Source: Candidatus Limnocylindria bacterium (GTDB lineage: Bacteria; Chloroflexota; Limnocylindria; QHBO01). Taken from it: a DNA stretch of 64,000 nt. The stretch lies in NCBI GenBank assembly GCA_035759945.1, contig DASTTX010000160.1:22004-86003 (forward strand), in the 5' to 3' direction. Positions 42,004-51,724 of this stretch are shown here, in pieces. Each line of letters begins with the position of its first letter. Positions within the stretch are counted from its first letter, which is position 1. The notes beneath the pieces are model-generated. The model did no database searches, had not been told where the DNA came from, and was given only the letters and a program-made list of their open reading frames with translations. The position numbers and the translations under genes were made by a program.

Positions 42004-43758
42004 ATGGCTCCCATGAGTGAAGAGCAGCGCTGGCATGAGCACGAGGACTCCTGGGAGAAGGAGCGCCTCGATCCGGCGCTCGAGCGATCGCCGGAGCGCA
42101 AGGGCCGCTTCATCACGCAGTCCGGCGTCGAGATTGATCGGGTCTACACGCCCGCGGACCTGCATGATCAGGCCAACGATCCCGATGCCGGCCGACCTCG
42201 GTATCAGTTCAGCCCGTCCGCCGATGAAGCCGATGGCTGGGACGAGATCGCCGACGTCGGCCTGCCCGGTGAGCCGCCCTTCACGCGCGGCATCCATCCG
42301 ACCGGCCATCGCGGCCGCCTCTGGACGATGCGCATGTTCGCCGGCTTCGGCACGGCCGAGGACACGAACGATCGGTTCAAGAAGCTGATCGCCGCCGGCG
42401 GAACGGGGTTGAGCATCGCGTACGACATGCCGACCCTGTACGGATACGACCACGATGAGCCGATGGCCGCCGGCGAGTTCGGCACCTGCGGCGTGGCAGT
42501 GTCGAGCCTGGCCGACATGGAGATCCTGCTCGAGGGCCTGCCGGTCGGCGAGATCTCGACCTCCATGACCATCAACTCCCCCGCCGCCATGATCTGGGCG
42601 ATGTACATCGTGGCTGCCGAAAAGGCCGGCGTGCCGCGTGCGCAGCTGGCCGGCACGCTCCAGAACGACATCCTCAAGGAGTTCATTGCGCAGAAGGAGT
42701 ACATCTTCCCGCCGGCGCCCTCGCTGAAGCTCGTAACTGACACCGTCGAGTGGGGCACCCGCGAGCTCCCGCGCTGGAACACGATCTCCATCAGCGGCTA
42801 CCACATCCGCGAGGCCGGCTCGACGGCCGTGCAGGAGCTCGCATTCACCATCGCCGACGGCATCGCCTACGTCGAGGACGCCCTGGCGCGCGGCCTGCGC
42901 TTCGACGACTTCGCACCTCGCCTCTCCTTCTTCTTCAACAGCCACAACGACTTCTTCGAGGAGATCGCCAAGTTCCGTGCGTCGCGCCGGATCTGGTACA
43001 AGCTCGCCACGGAGCGCTTCGGGGCCGAGAACGAGCGGTCGACCTGGATGCGCTTCCACACCCAGACCGCCGGCGTGTCGTTGACCGCGCAGCAGCCGCT
43101 CAACAACCTCACCCGCGTCGCCATCCAGGCCCTGGCCGGTGTCCTGGGCGGGACGCAGAGCCTCCATACCGATGCGTATGACGAGGCGTGGGCCGTCCCG
43201 TCGGAAGATGCCGCGTTGCTCGCCCTGCGGCAGCAGCAGATCATCGCCGAGGAATCCGGTGCGGCGAACACGGTCGACCCGCTGGCCGGCTCCTACTTCG
43301 TCGAGACGCTCACCAACCAGACCGAGCAGGCCGCCTGGCGGTACATCGCCCAGATCGACGACATGGGCGGGATGGTCAAGGCGCTCGAGGCGGGCTACCC
43401 ACAGGCTGAGATCGCCGATGCCGCCTACGAGCAGCAGCGCGAGCTCGAGGCGCACGAGCGCGAGATCGTGGGCGTCACGAAGTACGCCGATCCCAACGAG
43501 GAGCTGCGGATCCCACTGCTGGAGATCTCGCCCGAGCAGGAGCGGCGCCACCTGGATCGCCTGTCCCGAGTCCGCGCCGGGCGGGATGCGTCAGCCCACG
43601 CGGCCGCCATGCGCCGCCTGGAGGACGAGGCGCGTCGTGGCGACGTGAACCTCATGCCCGCCATCGTCGAGGCAGTGGAGGCGTACGCCACCATCGGCGA
43701 GATGTGCGGCGTCCTGCGCCGCGTCTACGGCGAGTACAAGGAGCCGCTCGCAGTCTGA
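42004..43758 (+). CDS. icmA: Acyl-CoA mutase large (substrate-binding, TIM-barrel) subunit, isobutyryl-CoA mutase type
   Basis: Full MCM catalytic-domain homology with no B12 domain. The specificity positions read RMFAGF (Phe where MCM has RQYAGF Tyr) and IAQKEYIF (Gln where MCM has VRNTYIF Arg), the combination reported for IcmA. Confidence 0.8.
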   Translation: MAPMSEEQRWHEHEDSWEKERLDPALERSPERKGRFITQSGVEIDRVYTPADLHDQANDPDAGRPRYQFSPSADEADGWDEIADVGLPGEPPFTRGIHPTGHRGRLWTMRMFAGFGTAEDTNDRFKKLIAAGGTGLSIAYDMPTLYGYDHDEPMAAGEFGTCGVAVSSLADMEILLEGLPVGEISTSMTINSPAAMIWAMYIVAAEKAGVPRAQLAGTLQNDILKEFIAQKEYIFPPAPSLKLVTDTVEWGTRELPRWNTISISGYHIREAGSTAVQELAFTIADGIAYVEDALARGLRFDDFAPRLSFFFNSHNDFFEEIAKFRASRRIWYKLATERFGAENERSTWMRFHTQTAGVSLTAQQPLNNLTRVAIQALAGVLGGTQSLHTDAYDEAWAVPSEDAALLALRQQQIIAEESGAANTVDPLAGSYFVETLTNQTEQAAWRYIAQIDDMGGMVKALEAGYPQAEIADAAYEQQRELEAHEREIVGVTKYADPNEELRIPLLEISPEQERRHLDRLSRVRAGRDASAHAAAMRRLEDEARRGDVNLMPAIVEAVEAYATIGEMCGVLRRVYGEYKEPLAV

Positions 43759-43778
43759 TCCATTCGCGGCGGCAACAA

Positions 43779-43806
43779 GAGAGCCGCCGGTTGCCCGGCG
43801 GCTCTC
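43779..43806. terminator. Perfect 12-bp stem / 4-nt loop GC-rich hairpin between convergent icmA and S8 peptidase genes (candidate bidirectional terminator)
   Basis: GAGAGCCGCCGG-ttgc-CCGGCGGCTCTC. The top strand is followed by cgttgtcgg; the bottom strand is followed by TTGTTGCC. Confidence 0.55.
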
Positions 43807-43829
43807 CGTTGTCGGATGACGGTTGATGG

Positions 43830-46766
43830 TCAATCCATCGAGAAGAAGGTGACCACGTCCGACCCGGCGTAGCCGATCACGCCGAAGTAGCGCTTCGTCG
43901 TGTCGAGGCCGGTCCACGCTGCCGTGACGGTCGACGCCTCGCCCAGTACGGCCGGGGCCGGCACCGGATCTGGCGTCAACGCCAGGTTGCCGAGGTCTGC
44001 CGCTCCGAGCACGAAGCTCGAGAACAGGTAGCTCGTCGTCCCGCCCGGCGTGGTGAACCCATTCGCGAACACGTGATACGTGCCCTCGGCGGGGTCACGC
44101 AGGGTGACCTGTTCGTCGGCCGCTCCGCTCGCGGAGAGGTCGACGAAGACGAGGTCGTCCCCGTCCTCGACGTAGACGAACAGGTCGAGATCGGCAGTGT
44201 CGTCGTCGGAGTCGAGATCGAAGCGCGCCGCCGCGGTGCCCGCGGGAACGTTGACGACGTACTCCTTCGTATCGGCATCCGCGACCGGGTCGTTGATGTC
44301 GTAGTCACCCGACACCACGCTGTCGGCCGTCGGAGTCACACCCAGGAGGCCGGACACCGACAGGTCGAGCGGCGCCAGGCTGCCCAGCGTGATATCGAAC
44401 GTGGTCGAGCCCGCGGCGGACACACCGTCGACGTGGACCTCCGATGGCGCGCTGACGACGACCGGCTGGACCGCGACGGTGCTGCGCACCGCGTGACCCC
44501 CGCCCGTCCAGGTCAGTGAACCGATCGCCCACTCGCCGAGTGGCGCATCGGCATGGTTGAAGGTGACCGTGAAGGTCTGTTCCGCGCCAGGGGCAAGCGT
44601 GAAGCTGCTCGGCGTGACGACCGCGTCGATGCCAGGCACGTTGATCGTGGCCGTGTAGGTCGTCGCGCCGTCCGAGACGTTCTTGACGCGCCGGGTGACC
44701 GTCTCGGTGCCGGCCATCTTGCCGACCGAGATCGACGCCTGGTTGAGGTTCGAGGCCGTGACCACGGGAACCGTGTCGAACGGAGGCGCGAAGTTCACGC
44801 CGAGGCTTCGCATGAAGCCGCGGTACTCGTTCGCCGTCGTCGGATACACGAGACCCGGATCTGCGGCGGCGTTGGGGTTGACGAAGCCCGAGCCCTGGGC
44901 GAACGGATCATCGCCGAAGGAGACGGTGTCGGTCGCCGTCGTCATGAGCGCCGACTTGATCTCCGATGGCAGCCACGTCGGATGGAGCGCCTTCATCAGC
45001 GCGCCGATTCCGGCGATGTGCGGCGAGGCCATCGATGTGCCGGAGATGAGGTCCCAATCCCGTCCGAAGTGGAACGGCGGAGCCACGGCCGCGATGATGT
45101 CGACGCCGGGCGCAGCGATGTCGGGCTTGAGGAAGTCGCCGTCGGTGGAAACCGATGGGCCGCGAGACGAGAACGCCGCTACGTCTGGCACCTGCGGTGC
45201 CGCTGCCAGCTCGGCCGCGGTCAGCGGCACGATCTTGGCGGTGGCGGCCGCACCGGCCGCCTCGATGTAGGCGAGGATTGCCGCCCGCGCGACCTCGTCC
45301 ACGTGGACGGACGGGATCGGGTGGTAGTCGCCGTTCAGCGAGTTCGGCGAGACGTTGGTCATGACCATGCCGGCGCCGCCGGCGCGCTGCACCTCGAAGC
45401 TCTTGGCGATCCGATCGAAGACGCCGCGATCGCACTGCACGACCTTGCCGGCCGCCTTGGCCGGATCAAGCGTTCCGGGTCCGCACAACGCTGCGTCGTC
45501 CGCGTCAGCGCCGGCCAGCGCAACGCTGGCCGCGGTAACGAACGCGGTGGGTGTGGGGAGTGACGGGGTCGTGGACGCGCCGACGTAGCGGGCGCCGTTG
45601 CCGAGCTCCACGGCCTGGAAGGCACGGCGAACCGTGGTCGCCGCGGTGGTCGTCAGCCACGGCGATGGATGGTCGAAGGTGCTCGCGCCGGGACCGCTGT
45701 TCCCCGCCGAGGTGGCGACGAACACGCCCGCGTTCGACGCACCGCGGAATGCCTGTTCGACGGAGTCGAGCACATCGGACTCGGACGAGCCGCCGATCGA
45801 GTAGTTGATGACGTCGACGCCATCGGCGACGGCCTGGTTGATGGCCGCGACGCTGTCAGAATTGAAGCAGCCCGGATTGACGCCGGGCTTCCCCTCCCAG
45901 CAGACCTTGTACATGGCGACCTTCGCCCCCGGGGCCATTCCCGACAGGGTCCCGTCCTCGAACTGCACGCCATCGATGGCGACGCCGGAGACCATGTTGC
46001 CAGCGGCCGTGGAGGACGTGTGGGTGCCATGCCCGTCGCCGTCGCGCGGCGAGAGGTAGTCGGCCTTGGAAATGTTGTGCTTGTTGAAGCCCGCCACGAA
46101 ATAGCGGGCGCCGATGAGCTTGTCGTTGCAGTCCTTCTTCGAGAAGAGCTCGCCCGCCTGGCACGTGCCACGCCAGTCGGAGGGCACGGGGATGCCCGTT
46201 CCACCGGCAAACGATCGGCTCTCGGGCCAGATTCCCGTGTCCAGCACGCCGACGACGATGCCGGCACCAGCGCGAGCAGGCTCGGTGCCCGCGAGCTGGG
46301 ACCACAGGCCGCCCGGCGCGGTGAGTCCGAGGAACTCAGGGGTGCTCGTCGTGGCGGGCTGGGCCAGGGCGTCCTTCTCCAGGGCCACGACGCCTGGCTT
46401 GGCCGCCAGCTGGGCGGCCTGTGCCGCGGTGAGCTCGACCGCGACGCCGTTGTTCGCGATCGTGTAGTCGTAGAGCTTGGCGGCCCCGACCTCTGCCAAC
46501 GCCTTGTCGTGCTTGGCGGCGAGATGTTGCTGCCATCGCTGAACGGCCGGGGAGCTGGGATCGAGCTTTGCACCTGGGTGCGGCCGGGTGGCGGCGAAGC
46601 CAGCCTCGTAGCCGTCGTAGCTTGCGACGGGCTCGTCGGCGAAGGTCACGATGTAGCGACCGGCGTCGAACCGATCGGTCGCGCCCTGCCGCGCCTGGGT
46701 GACGGACACGCCGAGCATCGACGTGAGCAGCGTGGCAAGAACGACCAGTACGGAAACCCGTCTCAT
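43830..46766 (-). CDS. Large secreted S8 family serine peptidase (subtilisin-like) with C-terminal beta-sandwich repeats
   Basis: Signal peptide (MRRVSVLVVLATLLTSMLG), a catalytic triad context (DTGI; GHGTHTSSTAAG; GTSMASPHIAG), an inserted PA-like domain, and a ~350-aa C-terminal extension. Confidence 0.9.
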   Translation of the reverse strand: MRRVSVLVVLATLLTSMLGVSVTQARQGATDRFDAGRYIVTFADEPVASYDGYEAGFAATRPHPGAKLDPSSPAVQRWQQHLAAKHDKALAEVGAAKLYDYTIANNGVAVELTAAQAAQLAAKPGVVALEKDALAQPATTSTPEFLGLTAPGGLWSQLAGTEPARAGAGIVVGVLDTGIWPESRSFAGGTGIPVPSDWRGTCQAGELFSKKDCNDKLIGARYFVAGFNKHNISKADYLSPRDGDGHGTHTSSTAAGNMVSGVAIDGVQFEDGTLSGMAPGAKVAMYKVCWEGKPGVNPGCFNSDSVAAINQAVADGVDVINYSIGGSSESDVLDSVEQAFRGASNAGVFVATSAGNSGPGASTFDHPSPWLTTTAATTVRRAFQAVELGNGARYVGASTTPSLPTPTAFVTAASVALAGADADDAALCGPGTLDPAKAAGKVVQCDRGVFDRIAKSFEVQRAGGAGMVMTNVSPNSLNGDYHPIPSVHVDEVARAAILAYIEAAGAAATAKIVPLTAAELAAAPQVPDVAAFSSRGPSVSTDGDFLKPDIAAPGVDIIAAVAPPFHFGRDWDLISGTSMASPHIAGIGALMKALHPTWLPSEIKSALMTTATDTVSFGDDPFAQGSGFVNPNAAADPGLVYPTTANEYRGFMRSLGVNFAPPFDTVPVVTASNLNQASISVGKMAGTETVTRRVKNVSDGATTYTATINVPGIDAVVTPSSFTLAPGAEQTFTVTFNHADAPLGEWAIGSLTWTGGGHAVRSTVAVQPVVVSAPSEVHVDGVSAAGSTTFDITLGSLAPLDLSVSGLLGVTPTADSVVSGDYDINDPVADADTKEYVVNVPAGTAAARFDLDSDDDTADLDLFVYVEDGDDLVFVDLSASGAADEQVTLRDPAEGTYHVFANGFTTPGGTTSYLFSSFVLGAADLGNLALTPDPVPAPAVLGEASTVTAAWTGLDTTKRYFGVIGYAGSDVVTFFSMD

Positions 46767-46966
46767 GGGGTGGAGCCTCCCTCTGCATGGCGCAATCGAA
46801 TGGGGCGTGATGCCGCTGCACGGGCGGGCGTTCGGTGCCCGGGAGATCCCGGCTCGGACTGGGACTCGGCGACGAAGCGTACGCGGGCGGTCGCCGCATC
46901 GTCAACGGCCTGCGACCGCCCCGATGACACTCCGCGAGATTTCGTGGTGCGCCGATGCGCCGGAGC

Positions 46967-47410
46967 CTACGGCGACTCCAGCTCGACATCCGTCGCGATG
47001 AAGATCGGCCCAATTTGACAGATGGATGACCGATCACTCGCGACGGTGCCTCGGATCGTGAGCGCTTCGCCGGCGCGCACGACCTGGCCGTCATCGGTTC
47101 GCAGCTCGCGCTTGGGCATATCGAGCATCCAGCCCTCGGGATAGACGACTTCGTAACGGGTGCCATCGGCAGCCTCCACGAAGGCGCATCCGCCCTCGAT
47201 GTCGTCGAACGCCAGGATCCCGGAAATCGTGCTCGAGACGGGAGATAGCGATTTTTCGGCACCGGTTGCCGAGGGAAGCGTGAAGTCGTCACTCATGGCG
47301 GGCGTTGGCTGATCGGGGCCGGATGATTGCAGCTCATCTCCGACGCTGCACGCGCTGATGACGACAACTCCGATTGCCGCCAACAATGCCAACCCGCTCG
47401 TACGCAGCAT
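46967..47410 (-). CDS. Hypothetical lipoprotein
   Basis: ATG at 47410 gives MLRTSGLALLAAIGVVVISAC (lipobox ISAC). Mature protein is ~125 aa; no family recognised. Confidence 0.5.
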   Translation of the reverse strand: MLRTSGLALLAAIGVVVISACSVGDELQSSGPDQPTPAMSDDFTLPSATGAEKSLSPVSSTISGILAFDDIEGGCAFVEAADGTRYEVVYPEGWMLDMPKRELRTDDGQVVRAGEALTIRGTVASDRSSICQIGPIFIATDVELESP

Positions 47411-47641
47411 GCGACGAGTGTAGGCGCCCTCGCCGGAGCGACAAATCGATCCGCGGTGCGCTCGGGCGGGGGCGATGCGACGCGGGCCGCCGGCCCCGGC
47501 CGGGAACCCGGGCCGGCGGACGCAGGGCACGCTCTCCGCGTCGCATTCCCCGCTCCGAACCATCTTGCACACCGCCGATTACCAGCCGCTTACTGGACCA
47601 TGACTGGTCGGAGAGCGGCTCGGCGCCGCTCTCCACGCCGG

Positions 47642-48151
47642 TCAGTGAAGCTCGGGGAGGAGCTCATCCAGGCGATCCCAGGTCTCGATCGCGCCGGCGG
47701 TCATGCCGGTGGCGAGGGCGGCCTCGACCGCCTCCTCCGAGCCCATGTGGCCGACGGCCCGCATCTTGGTGCGACCGTCGCCGAGATCCTCGAGGGTCAG
47801 CGTCTCCGGCCCGCCCTGCGGCCCGACGCCGGGGACATCGAACATGAACGTCCACTTGATGCGCTCCGGCTCGACGACCTCGAGGTACTCGCCGTAGAAG
47901 GCGAACTCGTTGCCCGACTCGTCGGTACTCACCCAGCGCCACTTCCCGCCGGGACGGAGGTCGAGGTCGACGACGCGGGTGGTATGCCCGCGCGGTCCCC
48001 ACCAGCGAGGAATGAGGTCGGCGTCGGTGTTGGCGCGCCAGACGAGCTCGCGCGGCGCGTCGAAGATCCGTTCATACGTGAGGTCGCCGCCTTCCGAGTA
48101 GATGGTGGTCGTGTCGCTGCTGCCTCGGTCAATCCTGGTCGCGGTCATCAT
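47642..48151 (-). CDS. SRPBCC superfamily protein, AHSA1 (activator of Hsp90 ATPase homolog)-like
   Basis: ~165 aa with the pattern YERIFDAPRELVWRANTDADLIPRWWGP...GGKWRW, typical of AHSA1/SRPBCC. It overlaps the arsR 3' end by 23 nt. Confidence 0.75.
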   Translation of the reverse strand: MMTATRIDRGSSDTTTIYSEGGDLTYERIFDAPRELVWRANTDADLIPRWWGPRGHTTRVVDLDLRPGGKWRWVSTDESGNEFAFYGEYLEVVEPERIKWTFMFDVPGVGPQGGPETLTLEDLGDGRTKMRAVGHMGSEEAVEAALATGMTAGAIETWDRLDELLPELH

Positions 48152-48503
48152 CGGCTCCCTTCTGGCTCTCCTGGTTGGACTGGACGTCGCGCAGGAACTG
48201 GTCGAGCCGTTCGAAGCGCTCCTCCCAGTGCGGTCGGTACTGTCCGACCCACTCGGCCACGTCCCTCAACGGTCCTGCAGTCAGCCGCCGCGGTCGCCAC
48301 TGCGCATGCCGGCCGCGCTCGATGAGCCCGGCGCGCTCCAGGACGCGAAGGTGCTTGCTGATCGCGGGCTGGCTGAGCTCGAACGGGGCGGCCAGCTCGG
48401 TCACGGACGCCTCCCCGCGCGACAGGCGCGCAAGGATCGTTCGCCTCGTGGGATCGGCGAGCGCGGCGAAGGTGACGCTGAGCGCATCGGTTTGCCTGTC
48501 CAT
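48129..48503 (-). CDS. arsR: ArsR/SmtB family transcriptional regulator
   Basis: ATG at 48503 gives MDRQTDALSVTFAALADPTRRTILARLSRGEASVTELAAPFELSQPAISKHLRVLERAGLIE, a canonical ArsR winged-HTH. The longer track ORF upstream is non-coding read-through. Confidence 0.85.
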   Translation of the reverse strand: MDRQTDALSVTFAALADPTRRTILARLSRGEASVTELAAPFELSQPAISKHLRVLERAGLIERGRHAQWRPRRLTAGPLRDVAEWVGQYRPHWEERFERLDQFLRDVQSNQESQKGADDDRDQD

Positions 48504-48511
48504 TGCTGCTA

Positions 48512-48523
48512 GGTTATATAACC
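48512..48523. promoter_or_regulatory. Perfect 12-bp palindrome GGTTATATAACC immediately upstream of arsR start; candidate ArsR operator / divergent promoter element
   Basis: It sits 9 bp upstream of the arsR ATG, inside a 57-bp AT-rich divergent intergenic region (arsR<- ->5'-3' exonuclease). Confidence 0.5.
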
Positions 48524-48560
48524 GTTCGGCTATTGTCAAGAGCGGATATGCTCCACCGCG

Positions 48561-49445
48561 ATGAAGCTGCACCTGGTCGACGCCACCTTCGAGCTCTTCC
48601 GCGCCTACTACTCGCGTCCGCCACGTCGCGCGCCGGACGGGCGTCCCGTCAACGCGGTCCAGGGGCTGATCGACTCGATGCTCTCGCTCCTCCGTGAGCC
48701 CGACCTCAGCCACATCGGCGCGGCGACCGATTACGTGATCGAGTCGTGGCGCAACGATCTCTACCCCGGCTACAAGACCAGCGCGGGCATGGATCCCGAT
48801 CTCCTGGCCCAGTTTCGCGATGCGGAGCGAGCCCTCGTCGCGCTGGGCATCAGGACCTGGCCGATGGTCCCCGACGAGGCCGATGACGCCATCGCCACCG
48901 CGGTCGCCCGTTTCGGCGACGACCCGCGCCTCGAGCAGATCGTGGTCTGCTCCGTCGACAAGGACCTCTCGCAGCTGGTCGACGGCGATCGGATCGTGCT
49001 GCGCGATCGGATGCGGCGCATCACGTACGACGAGGCGGGCGTCATCGGGAAGTTCGGCGTGCCGCCGGAGTCGATCCCCGACTACCTCGCCCTGGTTGGC
49101 GACTCGAGCGACGGCTATCCCGGGTTGCCCGGCTGGGGCGCCAAGAGCGCCGGCGCGGTGCTCTCGAAGTTCCGGCACATCGACGCCATTCCGGCATCGG
49201 CGCTCGACTGGGAGCTCGACATCCGCAACGCGAGCCGCCTGGCGGCGACGCTCGAGGAACGGCGGGACGAGGCGCTCCTGTATCGGACCCTGGCGACCCT
49301 GAACCGCGACTCCGACCTGGGCGAGACGACCCGGACGCTCGACGACCTCGAGTGGCACGGCGTGCCGCAAGCGTCCTTCATCGGCCTGTGCGACGAGCTG
49401 GGCTTCGATACCGTCCGCGAGCGGGTGCACCGCTGGGCGGATTAG
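48561..49445 (+). CDS. 5'-3' exonuclease / flap endonuclease family protein (Pol I N-terminal-domain-like)
   Basis: N-terminal PIN-like domain (LHLVDATFELFRAYY), acidic metal-binding residues (DEADD, VDKDLSQLV), and the H3TH motif region (GYPGLPGWGAKSA). Confidence 0.8.
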   Translation: MKLHLVDATFELFRAYYSRPPRRAPDGRPVNAVQGLIDSMLSLLREPDLSHIGAATDYVIESWRNDLYPGYKTSAGMDPDLLAQFRDAERALVALGIRTWPMVPDEADDAIATAVARFGDDPRLEQIVVCSVDKDLSQLVDGDRIVLRDRMRRITYDEAGVIGKFGVPPESIPDYLALVGDSSDGYPGLPGWGAKSAGAVLSKFRHIDAIPASALDWELDIRNASRLAATLEERRDEALLYRTLATLNRDSDLGETTRTLDDLEWHGVPQASFIGLCDELGFDTVRERVHRWAD

Positions 49446-49648
49446 GCCGAGCCTGCGTGACTTGAAATCTGCGCGCCCACGAGCACGTTGTCCGGCCGTT
49501 TGCGCCCGGCGGCTCACCGACTGGAACGCTGCGCAATCCCGCGACCAAACCTTCACGTCGTCGATGGACGGCTGCAGGGCACGCGTGACCACGGCGGTAC
49601 TTTCGGTGGGGTGCGGTGCAGCAGCGGCGCCGATACGGTGCTGGCTCC

Positions 49649-50926
49649 ATGCATCGACTTCGCCTGGCGTGCCCGCTTGCCGTGATGCTGCTGGCCGCGC
49701 TCCTTACCCCGTTGAGCTCACCGTCTCGCACGTCTGCGGCTGGTGAGTGCGGCTCGTACTCCTCGGAGACGGCCCCACCACCCACCATTCGTGTCTTCCG
49801 CACCGCGACCGGCGCCGTCGACACCGTCGACTTCCGCACCTACGTCAAGAACGTGCTCAGCCGCGAGTGGATCAGCTCCTGGACCACCGAGTCGCTGCGC
49901 TCCGGCGCGCTGGCGGTCAAGAACTACGCCTGGTATCAGGTGCTCCACTGGCGCGGCTACGTCAACGCGGCCGGGCAGTGCTTCGACGTGTTCGACTCGA
50001 CCCGCGACCAGCACTACGACCCGTCGCGGCCGACGTACGCGACGATGGCCGCGGCGGTCGACGCGACCTGGGGCACGCTGGCCCAGAAGGGCGGCCGCAT
50101 CTTCGCCACCTACTACAACGCCGGGCAGCCATACGAGGCGTGCGGCGCCAATGCCAACGGCTGGCAGATGTTCCAGTGGGGCACGCAGGGCTGCGGCCTG
50201 ATCGGCAAGACGGCGGCGGAAATCATGGCCATCTACTACCCGGGCGTGGTCGTCAGCGCCGCGCCGCCACCGGCGACGCCCGCACCGTCGCCAACGCCCA
50301 CGCCAATCCCGACGCCGGTTCCCACGCCGATTCCGACGCCCGCGCCGACCCCGGCGCCTGGAGCGTCGCCCACGCCACCGGCGACGCCCGCCCCGACGCC
50401 GACACCGACGCCGGTTCCCACGCCGACGCCGCAGCCGATCGTGAGTCCGCCGCCGCAGATGCCGGGTGGCGGCCAGGTCGGGCTGGCAGCGCCGCCTCCG
50501 CCACCGCCGCCGGATCCGGAACCTGTCGTCGTGACGGTCGCCGACGCGAGTGAGGTCAAGGCGGCAACGATCGAGGATGCGCCACCCGCCACGCTGCCGG
50601 GGACGCACCGCGTCGTCGAATTCGAGCACCGTGTCGACCTCGCCGCGGCGCGAGCGACTGCGCGGATGGCCGTGCAACCCGCCGTCGCAACCCACTGGCT
50701 CGTGGCACGGGCCGCGATGAAGCAGCTGGTGGCCGAGCTGCTGGAGCGGTGGTCAGTCCCGATGCTGCTCGGCTGGGAGCAGGCGCCCGACGATCAGCTC
50801 GGCCGCGGCAACGTCCTGGATGGCCAGGCCCACGGACTTGAAGGCGGTGATGGCATCCGGAGCGCGACCGTCGGCCCAGTCGCGCCCGACGCTGCCGATT
50901 TCGACCAGGTCCTCTTCCGCCGCTGA
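49649..50926 (+). CDS. SpoIID/LytB-domain protein with Pro/Thr-rich linker
   Basis: Signal peptide, then [40 protein letters not shown] (SpoIID/LytB hallmark), a ~90-aa PT-rich linker, and a C-terminal ~140 aa that overlaps the convergent ocd gene by ~174 nt. Confidence 0.65.
   Translation: MHRLRLACPLAVMLLAALLTPLSSPSRTSAAGECGSYSSETAPPPTIRVFRTATGAVDTVDFRTYVKNVLSREWISSWTTESLRSGALAVKNYAWYQVLHWRGYVNAAGQCFDVFDSTRDQHYDPSRPTYATMAAAVDATWGTLAQKGGRIFATYYNAGQPYEACGANANGWQMFQWGTQGCGLIGKTAAEIMAIYYPGVVVSAAPPPATPAPSPTPTPIPTPVPTPIPTPAPTPAPGASPTPPATPAPTPTPTPVPTPTPQPIVSPPPQMPGGGQVGLAAPPPPPPPDPEPVVVTVADASEVKAATIEDAPPATLPGTHRVVEFEHRVDLAAARATARMAVQPAVATHWLVARAAMKQLVAELLERWSVPMLLGWEQAPDDQLGRGNVLDGQAHGLEGGDGIRSATVGPVAPDAADFDQVLFRR
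50266..50520 (+). repeat. Low-complexity coding repeat (ACGCC/CCGAC-type units encoding PTPTPxPTP linker)
   Basis: It encodes [59 protein letters not shown]...[11 protein letters not shown]. Confidence 0.7.
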
Positions 50927-51724
50927 TCCCTGCTTGATGGCGGCGACCAGGTCGCCGGCCTCCTCCATCGCCGCCGCGCGCGAGTCGACCGCAACGAGCG
51001 AGGCAATGCCGAACACGGCCGGCGGCAGCTCCACCATCCCGAGGGTGAAGGCGCCGACGCCGTTGACGTGCGTGCCCGGCCTCAGCCAGGTGGCCTCGAA
51101 CACCGGCGTCGACGACGTCGTCGCGCAGGCCACCACATCGGCCTCGCGCACGGCCTCCTCGGCGGTGGCGACGGCGCGGACCTCGATCCCGGTCGTCTCG
51201 GCCATGCGCGACGCGAAGGCCTCGCGCGCGTCCGGCGTTCGGGCGTGGACGAGGACCCGCTCGATCGAGCACGCGGCCAGGATGGCGCGAACCTGCCACT
51301 CGGCCTGCCCGCCGGCACCGATCATCGCCAGCGTGCGAGCGTCGGGCCGCGCCAGGAGGCGGGTCGCCACGCCGGAGGCCGCGCCGGTCCGCATCGCCGT
51401 CAACGTCGCGCCATCGATCAGGGCCACCGGTCGCCCCGTCTTCGCGTCGAACCAGACGACGACCGCCTGGACCGTGGGCAGCCCTCGACCGGCGTTGCCG
51501 GGCATGACGGTCACCAGCTTCACGCTGGATCCGGCGCCGCCCTCCCGGACGCCCGGCATGAGCAGCAGGTCGCCCTCGTCGAGGGCAACGCGCGACCGGA
51601 TCGGCGAGCGGTCACGGCCGGCAGCCACATCGCGGTAGGCGGCCTCGACGGCGTCGAGCATGTCGCCGATCGGCACCGCGGCACGAATGGCATCGGCGTC
51701 GAGGAAGGGCAGGGCGTCGGTCAT
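50753..51724 (-). CDS. Ornithine cyclodeaminase / mu-crystallin family protein
   Basis: 323 aa from ATG 51724 ([22 protein letters not shown]...), with the Rossmann motif MIGAGGQAE and an overall OCD/mu-crystallin pattern. The longer track ORF is read-through. Confidence 0.85.
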   Translation of the reverse strand: MTDALPFLDADAIRAAVPIGDMLDAVEAAYRDVAAGRDRSPIRSRVALDEGDLLLMPGVREGGAGSSVKLVTVMPGNAGRGLPTVQAVVVWFDAKTGRPVALIDGATLTAMRTGAASGVATRLLARPDARTLAMIGAGGQAEWQVRAILAACSIERVLVHARTPDAREAFASRMAETTGIEVRAVATAEEAVREADVVACATTSSTPVFEATWLRPGTHVNGVGAFTLGMVELPPAVFGIASLVAVDSRAAAMEEAGDLVAAIKQGSAAEEDLVEIGSVGRDWADGRAPDAITAFKSVGLAIQDVAAAELIVGRLLPAEQHRD

